Shown here one piece after another: positions 38,601 through 51,864 of a stretch of 64,000 bases of DNA. The DNA lies in NCBI GenBank assembly GCA_036785375.1, contig JAWMAR010001141.1, positions 186,001 to 250,000 on the forward strand, written 5' to 3'. The notes beneath the pieces were generated by a model, which saw nothing but the letters and a program-made list of their open reading frames with translations, made no database searches and was not told the origin of the DNA. Origin of the DNA: Leucoraja ocellata (Eukaryota). Position 1 is the stretch's first letter. Each line of letters begins with the position of its first letter. Made by a program: the position numbers and the translations under genes.

Positions 38601-41600
38601 TTCACTGAACTCTGTCCCGCGATTATTTGAGGCTTTGCAGTAATATTGATGGCTTTGTTGTTTGAAGTATTGACAACGTAGATCCAGGTTGTTGTTATTT
38701 GAGATCTTTAAGGTATTTTCATACCAGGTGTAGCTAATGGGAAGAGATCCCCGCTCAGACCTACAGGACACTGTCACTGAGCCTCTGACACCTGGGACAT
38801 TGGCTGGTGATAGTAATCCAAGCACAGGAACAGACACAGGTTCTGTGGGAAAGGAGCAAATAATGGATACAAAGTCAACACTTGAATATAAACGACTCTC
38901 CCATTCTGGCACTCTTGTACCTCGACTTGTGAAGAGGTACACGCGAACCTCGTCTCCTGCCTTCGGTGCTCGCAATATGACCTCGACCTTGACATCGGCC
39001 AGCCCAAACGGAGGCTTGGAGACCGGTTCGCTGAACACTTGCCGCCCCGTTTATCTCCACGCGGTCAATTCCATCCCTCCATCCCTCCCTCAATCCTGCT
39101 TCACATTTCACTGTTCCTCCTCTCCTTATCTGGTCTCCTCCTCACTTATATCACTCCACCCGTCTGTNNNNNNNNNNNNNNNNNNNNNNNNNNNNNNNNN
39201 NNNNNNNNNNNNNNNNNNNNNNNNNNNNNNNNNNNNNNNNNNNNNNNNNNNNNNNNNNNNNNNNNNNNNNNNNNNNNNNNNNNNNNNNNNNNNNNNNNNN
39301 NNNNNNNNNNNNNNNNNNNNNNNNNNNNNNNNNNNNNNNNNNNNNNNNNNNNNNNNNNNNNNNNNNNNNNNNNNNNNNNNNNNNNNNNNNNNNNNCCGTT
39401 CCCATCTCTCAATTCCAGTTTTCTCCTCCCTCATTCCGTCTGTCTGAAGGAGGGTCACGACTCTAGTGTTCAAGAAGGAACTGCAGATGCTGGAAGATCG
39501 AAGGTACACAAAAATGCTGGAGAAACTCAGCGGGTGCAGCAGCATCTATGGAGCGAAGGAAATAGGCGACGTTTCGGGCCGAAACCCTTCTTCAGACTCG
39601 AGTTGGTTTTGTCCATTGCCTCCACAGATGCTACCTGACCCACTAAGTTCTTCCAGCACATGGTTTTGTTCACGTGTCGTACACCTGTCCAATGTTCGGT
39701 GGCTATACAGAGAGGCTATAGTTGTGCTTGGATTAAGTGACCTGCAACAGGAAGGGAACCCACTGATGCTGATATCGGGGTGGAGACAGCGAGAGATATT
39801 GTCAGTCTGAGAATCCCAGAAACTCGGGGAAGCTGGAGGTCGCCGGGAGTTTCCTGAAAGGTCTGATTAGGATTGCTTTACTCAAATTTCCACCGAGATT
39901 GGGCCGGGTGGAGAGGCTGGCTGGCTGCCGGGCGGTGGGTGGTCAGTGGTGAGTGGCTGCTGGGGGTGGGGGCGCATTGACGGGACAGAGGGAGATAGAG
40001 GGAGAGAGACCGCTGGGTGGGGAGAGGGTGTTTGGTCCCTGAGGTGGGGGCGGGGTGCGGGCTGGCCTGCCCCGGGAGTATTGAATGCAGTCTGTTGAAC
40101 TCACGGGACTGATTCCCTGTTTATGATTCTCCAGGTATTCAGACCAGACCACTTGTTTCTACCTGATCTGTCGGATTATTAGTTTGAGTGGGAATGCAAA
40201 CCTCTGACAGGGTGACATTTCATACAGTTCAGAGGCAGGGAAATGTGCTGAGCATCCCACTTGACGTGAGTGGCCGCTCAGTGGGACAGAGCCCGCACTG
40301 GGTGAGAGCAACATGAGTGGGGTTTCCCGACCCCCGCCCGCTCCCCGCAGGTCTCTGCACTGCTGCGGAGCCTCGGGATATCGGTGCAGCCCTGACCCTT
40401 CCCGGAGAAAACGTGGATCAGGCATTTCAGTGGAGACGTCAAGTCAATCGCTGCGAAACGTACCGGCAGATACTTGGAGATGTACGCGAAACATTGGATC
40501 AGCGCCAGATGCAGTAATTCCACAGCTGTACCATCCAGTTTCTCCAGAGCGAAGATCCTCCACAGTCACGGTAAATATTCCTCGTGCCGGGTTATCGGTG
40601 ATTGACGATCTTCCATTCCGTCCGTGTTGCCCATTTGTTTCCAATAACACTCTACACTGGCGGGTCCACCCTTGACACCAGTATTTTGTGTGCGAGCGGT
40701 ACTTTGCTTCATAGTGACAATCGATTGTGATCGCTCTTCCCACAACTCCTCTTACATGTTTCTCCCCCCACACCGCACCTGAAACTGAGAGGTCAAATCT
40801 TCTGAAAATGAACAGGAAAAATCAGCTGAATATTCGGAATGATGAGGGGTGTGTTGGACAACATTCACCCCCGCACCAACACTGGACCAGATCATCCATC
40901 ACTGAATGGACTTGCCCTCGTTTCAATTGGAAACGTCTCTGCCATCTCCAACCTAGTGGTAGGAAACAACATCTCATATTTCCCGTCGGCAAATTACAAT
41001 CCAATTGTATGAATATTGATATATCTAACTTCAAGTAAACCTTATATCCCCCCCCTCTGTCCATCCCTCCCCCACTCAAGTTGCACCAGCTTCTTGTTGA
41101 ATCTCATTGTCTGTAACTAGTTCTCACTCACCGCACAGCAATGGCCTGTTTCCTTTACCATTGTTACTTGTTTACATATCTTTCATTCATTTGTTCTATA
41201 TCTCTCTACACAACCGTCTATACCTCTTCCATTTCCCCTGACTCTGTAGAAGAGTCTAGATCTCGAAACAGCACCTATCCCTTAGTTCCATAGATGCTGC
41301 TGACCAGCTGAGTTACTCCAGTATATTGTGTCTATCTTCCAAACCAACATTGTCTCTGCCCCCTCAGCATTGCCGGCGTTTCTTTCGCTCGTCACGCTGC
41401 TGGGAGCGGCATCTCCCGGCCTTAGTGTCGGCTGGTGACTTCCCAGAAGATCCAGCAGTTGTGAATGGAAGGAGACCACGGAGTACAATATTCGGCAAAT
41501 TACCTCACTATAGCTACCAACTAAATGGCTCGCTTTAATGACCGAGTGAGAAAATACGTCCAAGTAACTATATGGGATTCTGGATAGTGATCCCCTCTAA

Positions 41601-42915
41601 CTCACAATCAGTTTCACAACAGCATCAGGGTTAAGGTTGGGTCTTGCTGAAACATAGAAACATAGAAACATAGAAATTAGGTGCAGGAGTAGGCCATTCG
41701 GCCCTTCGAGCCTGCACCGCCATTCAATATGATCATGGCTGATCATCCAACTCAATATCCCGTACCTGCCTTCTCTCCATACCCCCTGATCCCTTTAGCC
41801 ACAGGGGCCACATCTAACTCCCTCTTAAATATAGCCAATGAACTGGCCTCAACTACCCTCTGTGGTAGAGAGTTCCAGAGATTCACCACTCTCTGTGTGA
41901 AAAAAGTTCTTCTCATCTCGGTTTTAAAGGATTTCCCCTTTATCCTTAAGCTGTGACCCCTTGTCCTGGACTTCCCTAACATCGGGAACAATCTTCCTGC
42001 ATCTAGCCTGTCCAACCCCTTAAGAATTTTGTAAGTTTCTATAAGATCCCCTCTCAATCTTCTAAATTCTAGAGAGTATAAACCAAGTCTATCCAGTCTT
42101 TCTTCATAAGACAGTCCTGACATCCCAGGAATCAGTCTGGTGAATTAGACAAAAGCACAACAGAGGCAAAACAAAATGAGAAGTAAATGATTACTCATTG
42201 CGGGAGCGCTGTTGACCAACACTCTACCCAGGAGGATTAGTGAACTAACAAAATAAACGGCTAAATTTTAAACAAAATTGTCAATTTGAGAATTTGAAGC
42301 GTAACTAGACCAAGTGGAGACCCGTTGTGCATGTACCCCCAGCGTGCGGTTGCGAGGAGAGGGGGGGGGGAGTGGCATGCGGCGTCACACACATTAACCA
42401 CCCCCACACACACACTAACTACCCCCTCGCACACACGCTAACTAACCCCCCCTTGTCAATATATTAATATTATGCATTTGCTCCTTTTACCCCATAACCG
42501 CCCTATCTACTGACGCATAGCCCCCAACTCACAGGCGCGTCTAGAGAGGAAGGGGGGGGGGGGGGGGGTTAGAGAGTGAGGGCAGAGAGAGAAGGGGGGA
42601 AGAGGGAGGGAGGGGGAGAGGCAGGGAAGGAGGGGGGTACAGGGAAGGGGGAAGGGAGAAGAGGGGGGGGGAGGACGGGGTGAGGGGTGGAGATGTGGGA
42701 AGAGAGAGAGAGGTGGGGGAGAGAAGGAGAGAGAGGTGGGGAAGAGAGAGCGAGAGAGAGAGAGGTGGGGGAGGGTGGGGAGAGAGATTTATTCAAAATA
42801 TGGGGAACCAAGGAATGGATTTCTGAACTCCTAAGATAAATCGCTACGGAAATTGTAAAAATCTCCGCTTTTTTGTGTCAGGTTTTTGAGGAGATACGTT
42901 TCAAAAGCAAAATGC

Positions 42916-42960
<45 letters not shown>

Positions 42961-45900
42961 AAAAGTATATAGATATATAGATAGATAGTTGGATAGATAG
43001 ATAGATAGATAGATGGATAGATGGATAGATGGATAGATGGATAGATAGATAGATAGATAGATATTCATATATAAATATACACCGTTCTGTTTTCTCGTTT
43101 ATAACATTGTTTACAGAGTACTATGTTTACATATTCTGTTGTGCTGCTGCTAGTAAGGATTTCATTGTTCTAACTGGGACGTGAGTGAACAAAACACTCT
43201 TGACTCTTGACTTACTCCGCTAATGTGTGGGATAGAACTAGTGTACAGGTGATCGGTGGTCGGCGTGGACTCGGTGGGCCGAAGGGCCTGTTTCCACGCT
43301 GTATCTTTAAATTAAACTAAAAACACTCAAACCAGAGGGAGGGTAAAGAAGGGTCTCTACCCGAAACGTCACCCAATTTCTTCTATCCAGAGTTGCTGGC
43401 TGCTCCATGGAGTAACCCCGCACAATTAAAGCATGGAATAGTCTTCACCCTACCATAGTTACCCAAACAGACGCAACTAAATTTAAGGTACCTCTTTTTC
43501 CCCCAAGAACCCTTTCATGCTTGCGTCCAAGTCAAGAGTCAAGAGATGTTTAAGAAGGAACTGCAGATGCTGGAAAATCCCAGGTACACAAATGTGCTGG
43601 AGAAACTCAGCGGTTTGCAGCAGCATCTATGGAGCGAAGGAAATAGGCAATGTTTCGGGCCAAAACCCTTCTTCAGACTGGTGGGGGGTTAGGGTTAGGA
43701 GGAGGAGAAGCAGAGGGCTGAGGGAGAGCTGGGAAGGGGAGGAGACAGCAAGGGCTAACAGAATTGTGAGAATTCAATGTTCATGCCACCAGGATGCAGA
43801 CTCCCCAAGCGGAATATGAGGTGCTGTTCCTCCAATTTCTGGTGGTGCTCACTCTGGCCATGGATGAGACCCAGGACAAAGAGGTCGGATACGGAATGGG
43901 AGGGGGAGTTGAAGTGCTGAGCCACCGGGAGGTCAGGTTGGTTAATGCAGACCGAGCGGAGGTGTTTGGCGAAACGATCGCCAAGCCTACGCTTGGTCTC
44001 ACCGATGTAGATCAGCTGACATCTAGAGCAGCGGATGCAATAGATGCAGGTGAACCTCTGTCGCACCTGGAACGACTGCGTGGCTCCTTGAATGGAGTCA
44101 AGGGGGGAGGTAAAGCGACAAGTGTAGCATCTCTTGCGGTTGCATGGGAAAGTGCCTGGGGAGGGGGTGGTGCAGGAGGGAAGGGAAGAATGAACAAGCG
44201 AGTTACGGAGGGAATGGGCTCAGCACTTCAACTCCCCCTCCCATTCCGTATCTGACTTCTCTGTCCTGGGCCTCCTCCATTGCATGAACATTGAATTCTC
44301 ACAATTCCGTTAGCCCTTGCTGTCTCCTCCCCTTCCCAGTTCTCCCTCAGCCCTCGGGCTCCACCTCCTTTTTCCTTTCTTCTCCCTGCCCCCCCACCCA
44401 CCCCCCCATTAGTCTGAAGAAGGGTTTTGGCCTGAAACGTTGCCTATTTCCTTCGCTCCATAGATGCTGCTGCACCTGCTGAGTTTCTCCAGCATTTGTG
44501 TGTACTAGAGTCAAGAGAGTTTTATTGTCATCTGTCCCAGATAGGACAATTAAATTCTTGCTTGCTGCAGCACAAGAGAATATGTAAACATAATACAGAA
44601 CAGGAGATAAAAGTTCAGTGTCCTTATATACCATAGACCATATATATATACACAATACAATACAATAGGCTGTTATTGTTCAGCCCTCCACCATCTCCAG
44701 TTTAAATTCCATTTAGAATATTTATGGAGGACCAGGAAACCAGAAGCAAGAGTTACTCCAGGGTGTTACTCCAGATCCAGGGTCAGGGAGTGATTCTGCG
44801 TTGGTTTTCAGCGACCGGACAGCAATGGCGGCCAGATCTGTTTGCTCCCCATACCCCACGATTCCATTAGCCCTAAGAGCTGTATCTAACTCTCTCTTGA
44901 ACTCTCTCTTGAATTGGCCTCCACTGCCCTCTGTGGCAGAGAATTCTACAGATTCACAACTCTGGGTGAAAAGGGTTTTCCTCATCTGGCCTACCCCTTA
45001 TTCAGGTCTCAACCCAAAACGTCACCTATCCATGTTCTCCAGAGATGCTGCCTGACCTGCTGACTTACTCCAGCACTTTGGTCATTACTAAAGCTGAATA
45101 GCCAGCTGCCTGTGGTACCAGTGGTGACTCAGCAGGTCAGGCAGCATCGGTGGAGAACATGGATAGGTGACGTTTCAAGTCAAGACCATGACATATTGCC
45201 TGACCTACTGAGTTACGGCAGCACTTTGTGCCTCATTGAAATAAACTTCCCGGCCTGTGGTGGAAACTGGATCTGCCACTGATGTTTCAAACTCCACGTC
45301 CACCTGGAATAATCATGAGGTGTCTTTTTCACACAAAGGCTGGTGGGTGTATGGAACAAGCTGCCAGAGGAGGTAGTTGAGGCAGGGACTATCCCATAAT
45401 CTAAGAAGCAGTTAGACAGGTACATGGATAGGACAGGTTTGAAGGTACATGGACCAAACGTGGACAGGTGGGACTAGTGTTGCTGAGACATGTTGGCCGG
45501 TGTGGGTAAGAAGGGCTGAAGGGCCTGTTTCCAGACTGTATCACTCTATGACTCTAACACATGTGAAACTCTGCAGATTCAGGAGCTGGGGTGGAGACAC
45601 ATCATCACATCAGTCCAGGTCGGCTCACAAGCCACAAGACAAATGCCTTGAAGGAGAACTCAGAGGCTGGGGAAAGCACAGTGTGTAGAACAGCTCGAGC
45701 AGCAGAGTCCGTTGTAAGGCAGCTGGTTTTTCTCAGAAGGGAGAGATTACCACAACTTCTCCAAATGCTAAATTGGACAGTCACTCTGGTGCTTCCTCAT
45801 TTGAGATGCCCGCCTGTTCCCAATGGCTGGCTTTCACAGAATTTTCTTTGAATGTGCTAAGGTTTAGGTTCAACATTTCCCATTGCAGTGCGTGGAGGGA

Positions 45901-46422
45901 GTGCCGTGTGTCTTTGATCGACTAAATGCTGCAGTAACGCAGCGGGTCAGGCGGCATCTCTGGCGAGAAGGGGGAGGTGATGGAGGGAAAGCAAAGGCTA
46001 CTTGAAGTACACATTGGATACATTGGTGATGATTTGTGTAGTACCATGTTACAGAGAGAGAGTGTTTACATGACTATATTCCAATACTGGTCATATTATT
46101 ATGTGCTGAACATTTTGCAGCTTTACGTGGCGACACATTTTTAACCATCTGAATGAATGAATGAATGTCTATTGGCCAAGTATTCACATACAAGGAATTG
46201 GCCTTGGTGCTCCGCCCGCAAATGACAAAATGGCATACAGTGACAGATAGGAATGCTACATAAAACATTACACATTAATAACACTGCATCTCTGCAGTGG
46301 CAACAGTGTATAACGTGCAAACTAATACTAATTATCAGAATGTCCAATGCTGAATGTTACTCACCGGGCAAGAAACAAATGAGAAGAATTGGCACCAACA
46401 TCGTTTTAGATGCAGACCCCAT
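35589..46422 (-). CDS. Gene B: MDIR/CD300-like V+C2 receptor, putative activating type, ~305 aa (298 from second ATG). Exons 46365-46422, 40464-40784, 38534-38842, 37427-37529, 36093-36183, 35589-35624
   Basis: Six exons with canonical splice sites and compatible phases (1,1,1,2,0) form a 918-nt open frame: leader, V, C2, S/T stalk, TM YMIWNVGRWLYFALLGICSISVSLF, tail GPIEPKPHSLP*. Confidence 0.87.
36093..36183 (-). CDS. Gene B exon 5: transmembrane with Arg
   Basis: ctttccccctttgctcag| acceptor; YMIWNVGRWLYFALLGICSISVSLFTSIRK; AAG|GTATGT donor. Confidence 0.85.
37427..37529 (-). CDS. Gene B exon 4: Ser/Thr-rich stalk
   Basis: tttccttgacccaacag| acceptor; QHKVTERMMTTPFASTVKRSNESQNDSTRSTCTE; 103 nt, phase 1 to 2, same length as the gene C stalk. 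Confidence 0.78.
38534..38842 (-). CDS. Gene B exon 3: Ig C2-type domain with an extra Cys pair
   Basis: cctttcccacag|AA..EPVSVPVL..VTVSCRSERGSLPISYTWY..YYCKASNNRG..ENCSY; C|GTAAGT donor; 309 nt. Confidence 0.9.
39168..39395. other. Assembly gap (228 N) in gene B intron 2
   Basis: Run of N. Confidence 0.99.
39564..39598 (-). ncRNA. Minimal hammerhead ribozyme motif, sense to gene B pre-mRNA (intron 2)
   Basis: Reverse complement CTGAAGA-A-GGGT-TTCG-GCCC-GAAA-CG-TC; UUCG-capped stem II. Confidence 0.55.
40464..40784 (-). CDS. Gene B exon 2: Ig V domain (CD300/pIgR-like)
   Basis: Matches ORF 40444..40773: ITIDCHY..KYWCQGWTRQC..GRSSITDNPARGIFTVTVEDL..GWYSC; ctcag| acceptor, G|GTACGT donor. 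Confidence 0.93.
41650..42143 (-). mobile_element. Young CR1 LINE 3' fragment
   Basis: ORF 41752..42123; (tttctatg)n tail; near-identical to the copy at 56160-56920. Confidence 0.9.
42301..43062. repeat. Composite repeat with G/A-rich tract, (CA)n and (TAGA/TGGA)n microsatellites; possibly Helitron/Helentron-related
   Basis: Begins aactagacc.., G-run tract 42548-42790, (CA)n 42920-42955, ends aaagtatatagat followed by (taga)n. Class assignment uncertain. Confidence 0.5.
43545..44500 (-). mobile_element. Penelope-like element: GIY-YIG endonuclease fragment with inverted terminal (pLTR-like) sequence
   Basis: ORF 43755..44066: IYCIRC..YIGETKRRLGDRF..H..PVAQHFN..E..I..L..GMN; terminal sequence at ~43550-43760 recurs inverted at ~44285-44500. 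Confidence 0.85.
46365..46422 (-). CDS. Gene B exon 1: signal peptide (MGSASKT-MLVPILLICFLP)
   Basis: Two in-frame ATGs (46422, 46401), hydrophobic core, G|GTGAGT donor; homologous to the gene C leader. Confidence 0.85.
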
Positions 46423-46440
46423 GCTGGGACGTTTATTGTT

Positions 46441-46545
46441 CAGCTCTTAGTCCAGAGAACTAAATAAATGCCCATCGAGAGGAAATGTTACAATATAAAT
46501 GATGAAGAAAGAAACAAGGAACCGGAATGTGAAACAAGAGTGAGC
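46441..46545 (-). promoter_or_regulatory. Gene B proximal promoter/5' UTR, conserved with gene C
   Basis: + strand cagctcttagtcc ... aatgatgaagaaagaaacaaggaaccggaatgtgaaacaagagtgag aligns with the gene C upstream sequence. Confidence 0.55.
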
Positions 46546-49500
46546 CAATAGCTGACAACCAGCTAGTTCCCCTTGGCTATAAATGATTTCACGAATCTAA
46601 AGTGAATTTTAATCACATGATAGAGTGTAGTTATGCTATGACTCCATGCTACTCCCATAACATGAACTTACAAGGTCCAGATAACTGGACAAAGTGAGAA
46701 GGGATTGTGCCAACGCCTGTGGAATCATCTTGTTCTGTAGTTGGGAGAGGACCACCATATCTATGCTGGATGTTGGCTACAGAGGTCTTCAGGACAGGTA
46801 GCATAGTCCCACACCCACCTCTCTGGTCACCCTTTGACCAGAAATGGCTGATTGTGGTGGGCAAGTAATGCCGATTTGGACGGGATTTGTTCTGAACTTT
46901 GATGGGTGTGATCCAGGCTGGGACTTTGATCTCAGGGCAGGTCTCGTTTCATGCCTGGAGCTTGTTAATGGTGGGTGATTTAGTTTTGTTTGGAGATACA
47001 GCATGGAAATAGTCCCTTCGGGCCAACCAATTCCACACCATTGTAGTCCAATGTTATCCCATATTCACATCCTACACACTGGGGGACATTTACAGATGCT
47101 AATGAACCTACAAACCTGTACATATTTGGGATGAAGGAGGAAACCAGACCACCTGGAGAGAACCCGACTGTCGCAGTGAGAACATGCAAACTCCACACAG
47201 GCAGCGCATGATGCCAGGATCAAATCCAGGTCTCTGGCGCTGTGAGACGGCAGCTCTAACGCTGCACCACTGTTCCTGATGGGTTTTGCTTCATTCCAAG
47301 TTTGATTCTCGCAACCAGCTAAGTAACCCAATACAAACCTGACCCACAATTGCCAAAAGTTCGACTTCCCCAGCAAGCCTTACTGGTTGGGAAGGGGATT
47401 GGATTTCCGACTAAACCTCAACAACATTGTAAGTTTAAAAAAATCTCTTATTGCTGATTTCACAAAACCTTTGGCCAGGATGTCATTCACTGTCCAGTTG
47501 GCAAGTTTAGTTTAGTTTAGTTTATCGTCATGTGTACCGAGGTACAGTGAGAAGATGTTTTTTGCAACAGAAAGACGATGCATGATTACTGTTTAAGAAA
47601 AAACTCCAGATGCTGGAAAAATCGAAGGTAGACAAAAATGCTGGAGAAACTCTGTGGGTGAGGCAGCGTCTATGGAGCGAAGGAGTAGGCAACGTTTCTG
47701 GTCGAGACCCGAAACGTCACATATTCCTTCGTTTTTGTCTACCTGTGCATGATTACAAACAGCCATCCACAGTGTACAGATACGGGATAAAGTGAATAAC
47801 ATTTAATGCAAGATAAAGTCCAGTAAAGACCGGGTAAAGATAGTCTGGCTGTCTCCAATAAGGTGGGTGGGAGGTTAGGACCGCTATCTAGTCGGTGAGA
47901 GAATGGTTCAGTTTCCTGATAACAGCTGGGAAGGATCTGACTCTGAATCTGGAGATATGCATTTTCACATTTCTGTACCTCTTGGCTGATGGAAGAGGGG
48001 AGAAAAGGGAGTGTCCAGGGTGTGACTCATCCCTGATTATGCTGGTGGCCTTGCCAAGGCAGCGTGTCGTGTTGATGGAGTCAATGGAAGGGAGGTTGGT
48101 ATACAATCGTACACAGTGTTAATAATGGACAAAGAAGATAATGAAATCATTATATCTCACTTTAATCTATTTCAAGGCAGATTGCTGCCCTTAAAGTTAG
48201 CCTGTGTGGCGATAAGAATTACTAACCACTTGAAAGCATCACTTGGAGTTGTGTCTTGACCCTGGTACAGTAGGTGTACGATTGGACACACAATCAGCAA
48301 AGAACTAATAGCGGTCATCAAATGATTGTGTCTGAGTTCAATACTCATTACGTTCGGCAAATTCAATGAGTAAGGATCTCTGGGAGGAGACGTGTTTTGG
48401 ACGCCTTCAATATGCTAATAGCATGTGATCTCAGCAAGCAATTGGGACAGGATCATGGTGCATTTATGGGAGGGAAATCATGTCTGACAAAGTAGCTGAG
48501 GGATTAATGGATCCCGGGTCTCTGGCGATGTGAGGCAGCAACTCTACCAACTGGGCCACTGTGCCGCAGGCTGATGGAGAAATGGCTGCCCACTTGTAGG
48601 CTCTGGGGGCTTCTTCTCAGTATTGCTGTTAACAAAACTGAGCATCTAATCTAACTCCGTTTATTGTTCGAAACAACATTCAACTAAGATAACAGCACTG
48701 TGCCAAAAATCATACCATGCAGTGCTCATAGTTTGAACACAACATAAAGCAAGAGTATAGTCTCAAGAAGGGTCTCGACCTAAAATGTCACCTATCCTCA
48801 AGAGATGCTGCCTGACCCGCTAAGTTACTCCAACACTTTGTGTCTATCTTCAGTATTTTTCTCCGCTACTCAATGGCATCATGGTTGACACAGCACCACT
48901 TTTGTGAATGGATTCTATATCCTTTGTTTCCTATAATTTTTAATAAAAATATTGATTTTTACTGTGATTGAGCCTCGATGGTCTCCTGGTGAGAGAACTT
49001 TGAGGATTCACCATGTTCCTTGTAAAGAGGCTTCTTCTTGTCCCATTCTTGAATGACTGACCTCATATTTTGAGTCAGATGCCCCTTATAAACAGGGGAA
49101 GCTTCATCCCAGCAGCTACCCTATCAAAACCTATTAATATATGGAGCCCATTAGGCCCATTGATTCCATACCAGCTTTGGGAGTTATCCCATTAATTTGT
49201 CCCCATCCTACATCCCTTTGCCTATTCTCTTGCATGTTACAGTTGCCAGTTATTCTACCACCTAGTATGCTCTGGGGTATGGGAGGAAACTGGAGAATCC
49301 AGAGGATAACAATGCAATAGCAGAGAGAACATGCAAACTCCACACAGAAAGCAATGAAGTTCGGAATTGAACCCAGCTGACTGGAGCTGTGAGACAGATG
49401 CACTAGCTGTGGCATCTCCTGTACCTGCTTCCATAAGATTATCCACAAAAAGTTGGTGTAACTCAGCTGGTCAGGCAGCATCTCTGGCGATAAGGAACAG

Positions 49501-50087
49501 GTGATGTTTCGGGTCAAGACCCTTCTTCTTCAGAATATAGACTGCTGAATTTTTAGTTTAGTTTAAATACAGTGTTGAAACCGGCTCTTTTGCCCACTAT
49601 GCTGACCATCCAGCCCCTTTGTACTAGTTCTATGTGATCCCACATTCATATCTTACACACTTGGGAGAATTTATAGAAGCCAAACAACCTACAAAACTGC
49701 AGATCTGTGGAATGAGGGAGGAAACCAGAGGACCCAGAGAAAACCCCACACAGTCACCGGGAGGATGTGCAAACTCTTCACAGACAGAACCTATAGTCAG
49801 TTTTGAAACTGGGCCTCTGGTGCTGTGAGGCAGCAGCTCTGTTGAATCTTGGCTGCATTCTCTCCTTTGCAAGTATATCCATCATTATGTATAAAGACCA
49901 GATCAACAAAACATTCCAGACGCAGTCTCAACAGAACCCTATATAGCATTGAACCAAAGTGTCAGTATGCTTGCATTCAAATTTCTTGCAACAATTACCC
50001 ACATGCCGTTTGCCTTCCTAAAAGTTGCACTGTTGGTCAACTTTCAATAATTCATGTACTGGAATATCTGGGCCCTTCTGCTCCACA

Positions 50088-50383
50088 GCACGGTGGCACA
50101 GCGGTGGAGTTGCTGCCTTACAACATCTACAGCACCAGAGACCCAGGTTTGATCCCGACTACGGGTACAGTCTGTATAGAGTTTGTACGTACTCACCGTG
50201 ACCACATGGGTTTTTTTTAGAGACCTCCGGTTTACTCCTTTCCTCAACGTCATACAGGTGCAGGATAATTGGCTTGGTAAAATTGTAAATTGTCACCAGT
50301 GTGTGTGGGGTAGTGTTAATTGCTGGTGGTGCAGACTCGGTGGGCCGAAGGGCCTGTTTCCACGCTGTATCTCTAAACTAAAC
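50088..50383 (+). mobile_element. HE1/V-SINE-type SINE
   Basis: Same consensus; other + copies at ~1020-1285, 35720-35960, 53990-54320, 58427-58636, 59821-60120. Confidence 0.78.
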
Positions 50384-51864
50384 ATGAAGACATTTCAATC
50401 GCTTGCCGTTTATAAAACGGTTCAGCATTTCTGCTTTCTTCCCCTCGTGTCTCATATGCTGCATTTCCCACATCCTCGTGCATTCAGTTAACCCAACTGC
50501 ATTCCACAATGACTCTCTATATCCTCTTCATAGTTCACCTGTCATGCAGCTCATAACCCAGGGCTTTTGGAGTGGTTTGAATATGGATCCCAATAGGCAC
50601 TATTTATTTTTATTTGTTGAACTTATTGTTTTGTTTGCTTGTTATTTTATCCATTGAGCAATTGCTGGCTTAACCTAGCACTAAACGTTATTCCCTTATC
50701 ATGTATCTATACACTGTAATGGCTCAAGTGTAAGCATGTATTGTCTTTCTGCTGACTGGTTAGCACGTAACAAAAGCTTTTCACTGTACTTCGATACACG
50801 TGACAATAGACTAAACTGAGACTGACTCCGAAACTGTGTTTACAAACCTGTTGTGCTGCTACAAGTGAGAATGTTATTGTTCTATTTTGGGACATATGAC
50901 AATGAAACACACTTGACTCTCGAGTCAAAAATCATCACGTGAAGAGAAAAAAAAAAGCTTTATTGTGTCTTATTAATCTCAATATTCAACATGGTCTCTG
51001 GAAGCAGAAACATCCTCTGCGCAAGAAAACATTCATCATCTTCAATATACAATATTTGCCATCTCCAACTTTTGTTTCCTTTATTTCTGTGTCTCCTGCG
51101 ATGCAGGAGGTGCCTTGTAGATCGACACACTCGCTCGTTCTGCACTGAAGTGTTCAGGTGGGTTACCTGCTCAGGTGCTGTGATGAGATTTGAACTCACA
51201 ACCTTGAGTTGTAGAGAGAAGATGTTTGCACTGTAACATAACACCTCTCAGTCTATGTTGGGGATGGGGTTGAGGAAGGAGACGGCATCATTCAATGCAT
51301 TGAGCAAAATGGCTGCTATTTGCAAAGCTGGCCCAGATTCAGTAATTTTATGGGAATTGCTGATCATTGGGACCAAGGAAGGGAGTGGAAAAATGAGGAA
51401 CTGCAGAAGCTGGTTTGCAAAAAAACGAGACAAAGTTCTGGAATAACTTAGCGGGTCAGGCAGCATCCCTGAAGAGAAGGAATGGGTGATATTTCAGGTC
51501 GAGACCCTTCTTCAAAGTAACTAGATTTGTCGATTACAGCAGAGAAACCTCAATGCAACCATGGCGCAAAGATGGGGCAACAAACAGCACTGGTCCAGGT
51601 ACGGGGCTGCCGAGAACATAGCGGACCTGGCGTGGGGTGGGGGTGTGTTAACAAAGGGGGTCATGGAGTGGGGGGGTGGGGGAGCCGAGAACAAAGGGGG
51701 ACCAATAGGGACTGTAATGAATAGTTTGTAACTGTTGGCGCCCTATACATAGTGACTCTTTATATACCTTGTTTATGGTATGCAAAACAAAAACAATTAT
51801 CACCGTGACATGTCACATGTGGTAATAAAGTATCAATCAATCAATCAATGACTCAATGGTCTAT

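Noticed and set aside
39039-39638. Long ORFs spanning the N run, or a hidden Ig exon in the gap
   Set aside because: Artefacts of translating N; 228 nt (if sized correctly) is too short for a ~300-nt Ig exon and the V and C2 phases already match.
46671-46735. Possible minus-strand exon (EQDDSTGVGTIPSHFVQLSGP) with cag| and GTAAGT
   Set aside because: Lies between the gene C 3' end and the gene B promoter, fits neither model and has a weak pyrimidine tract.
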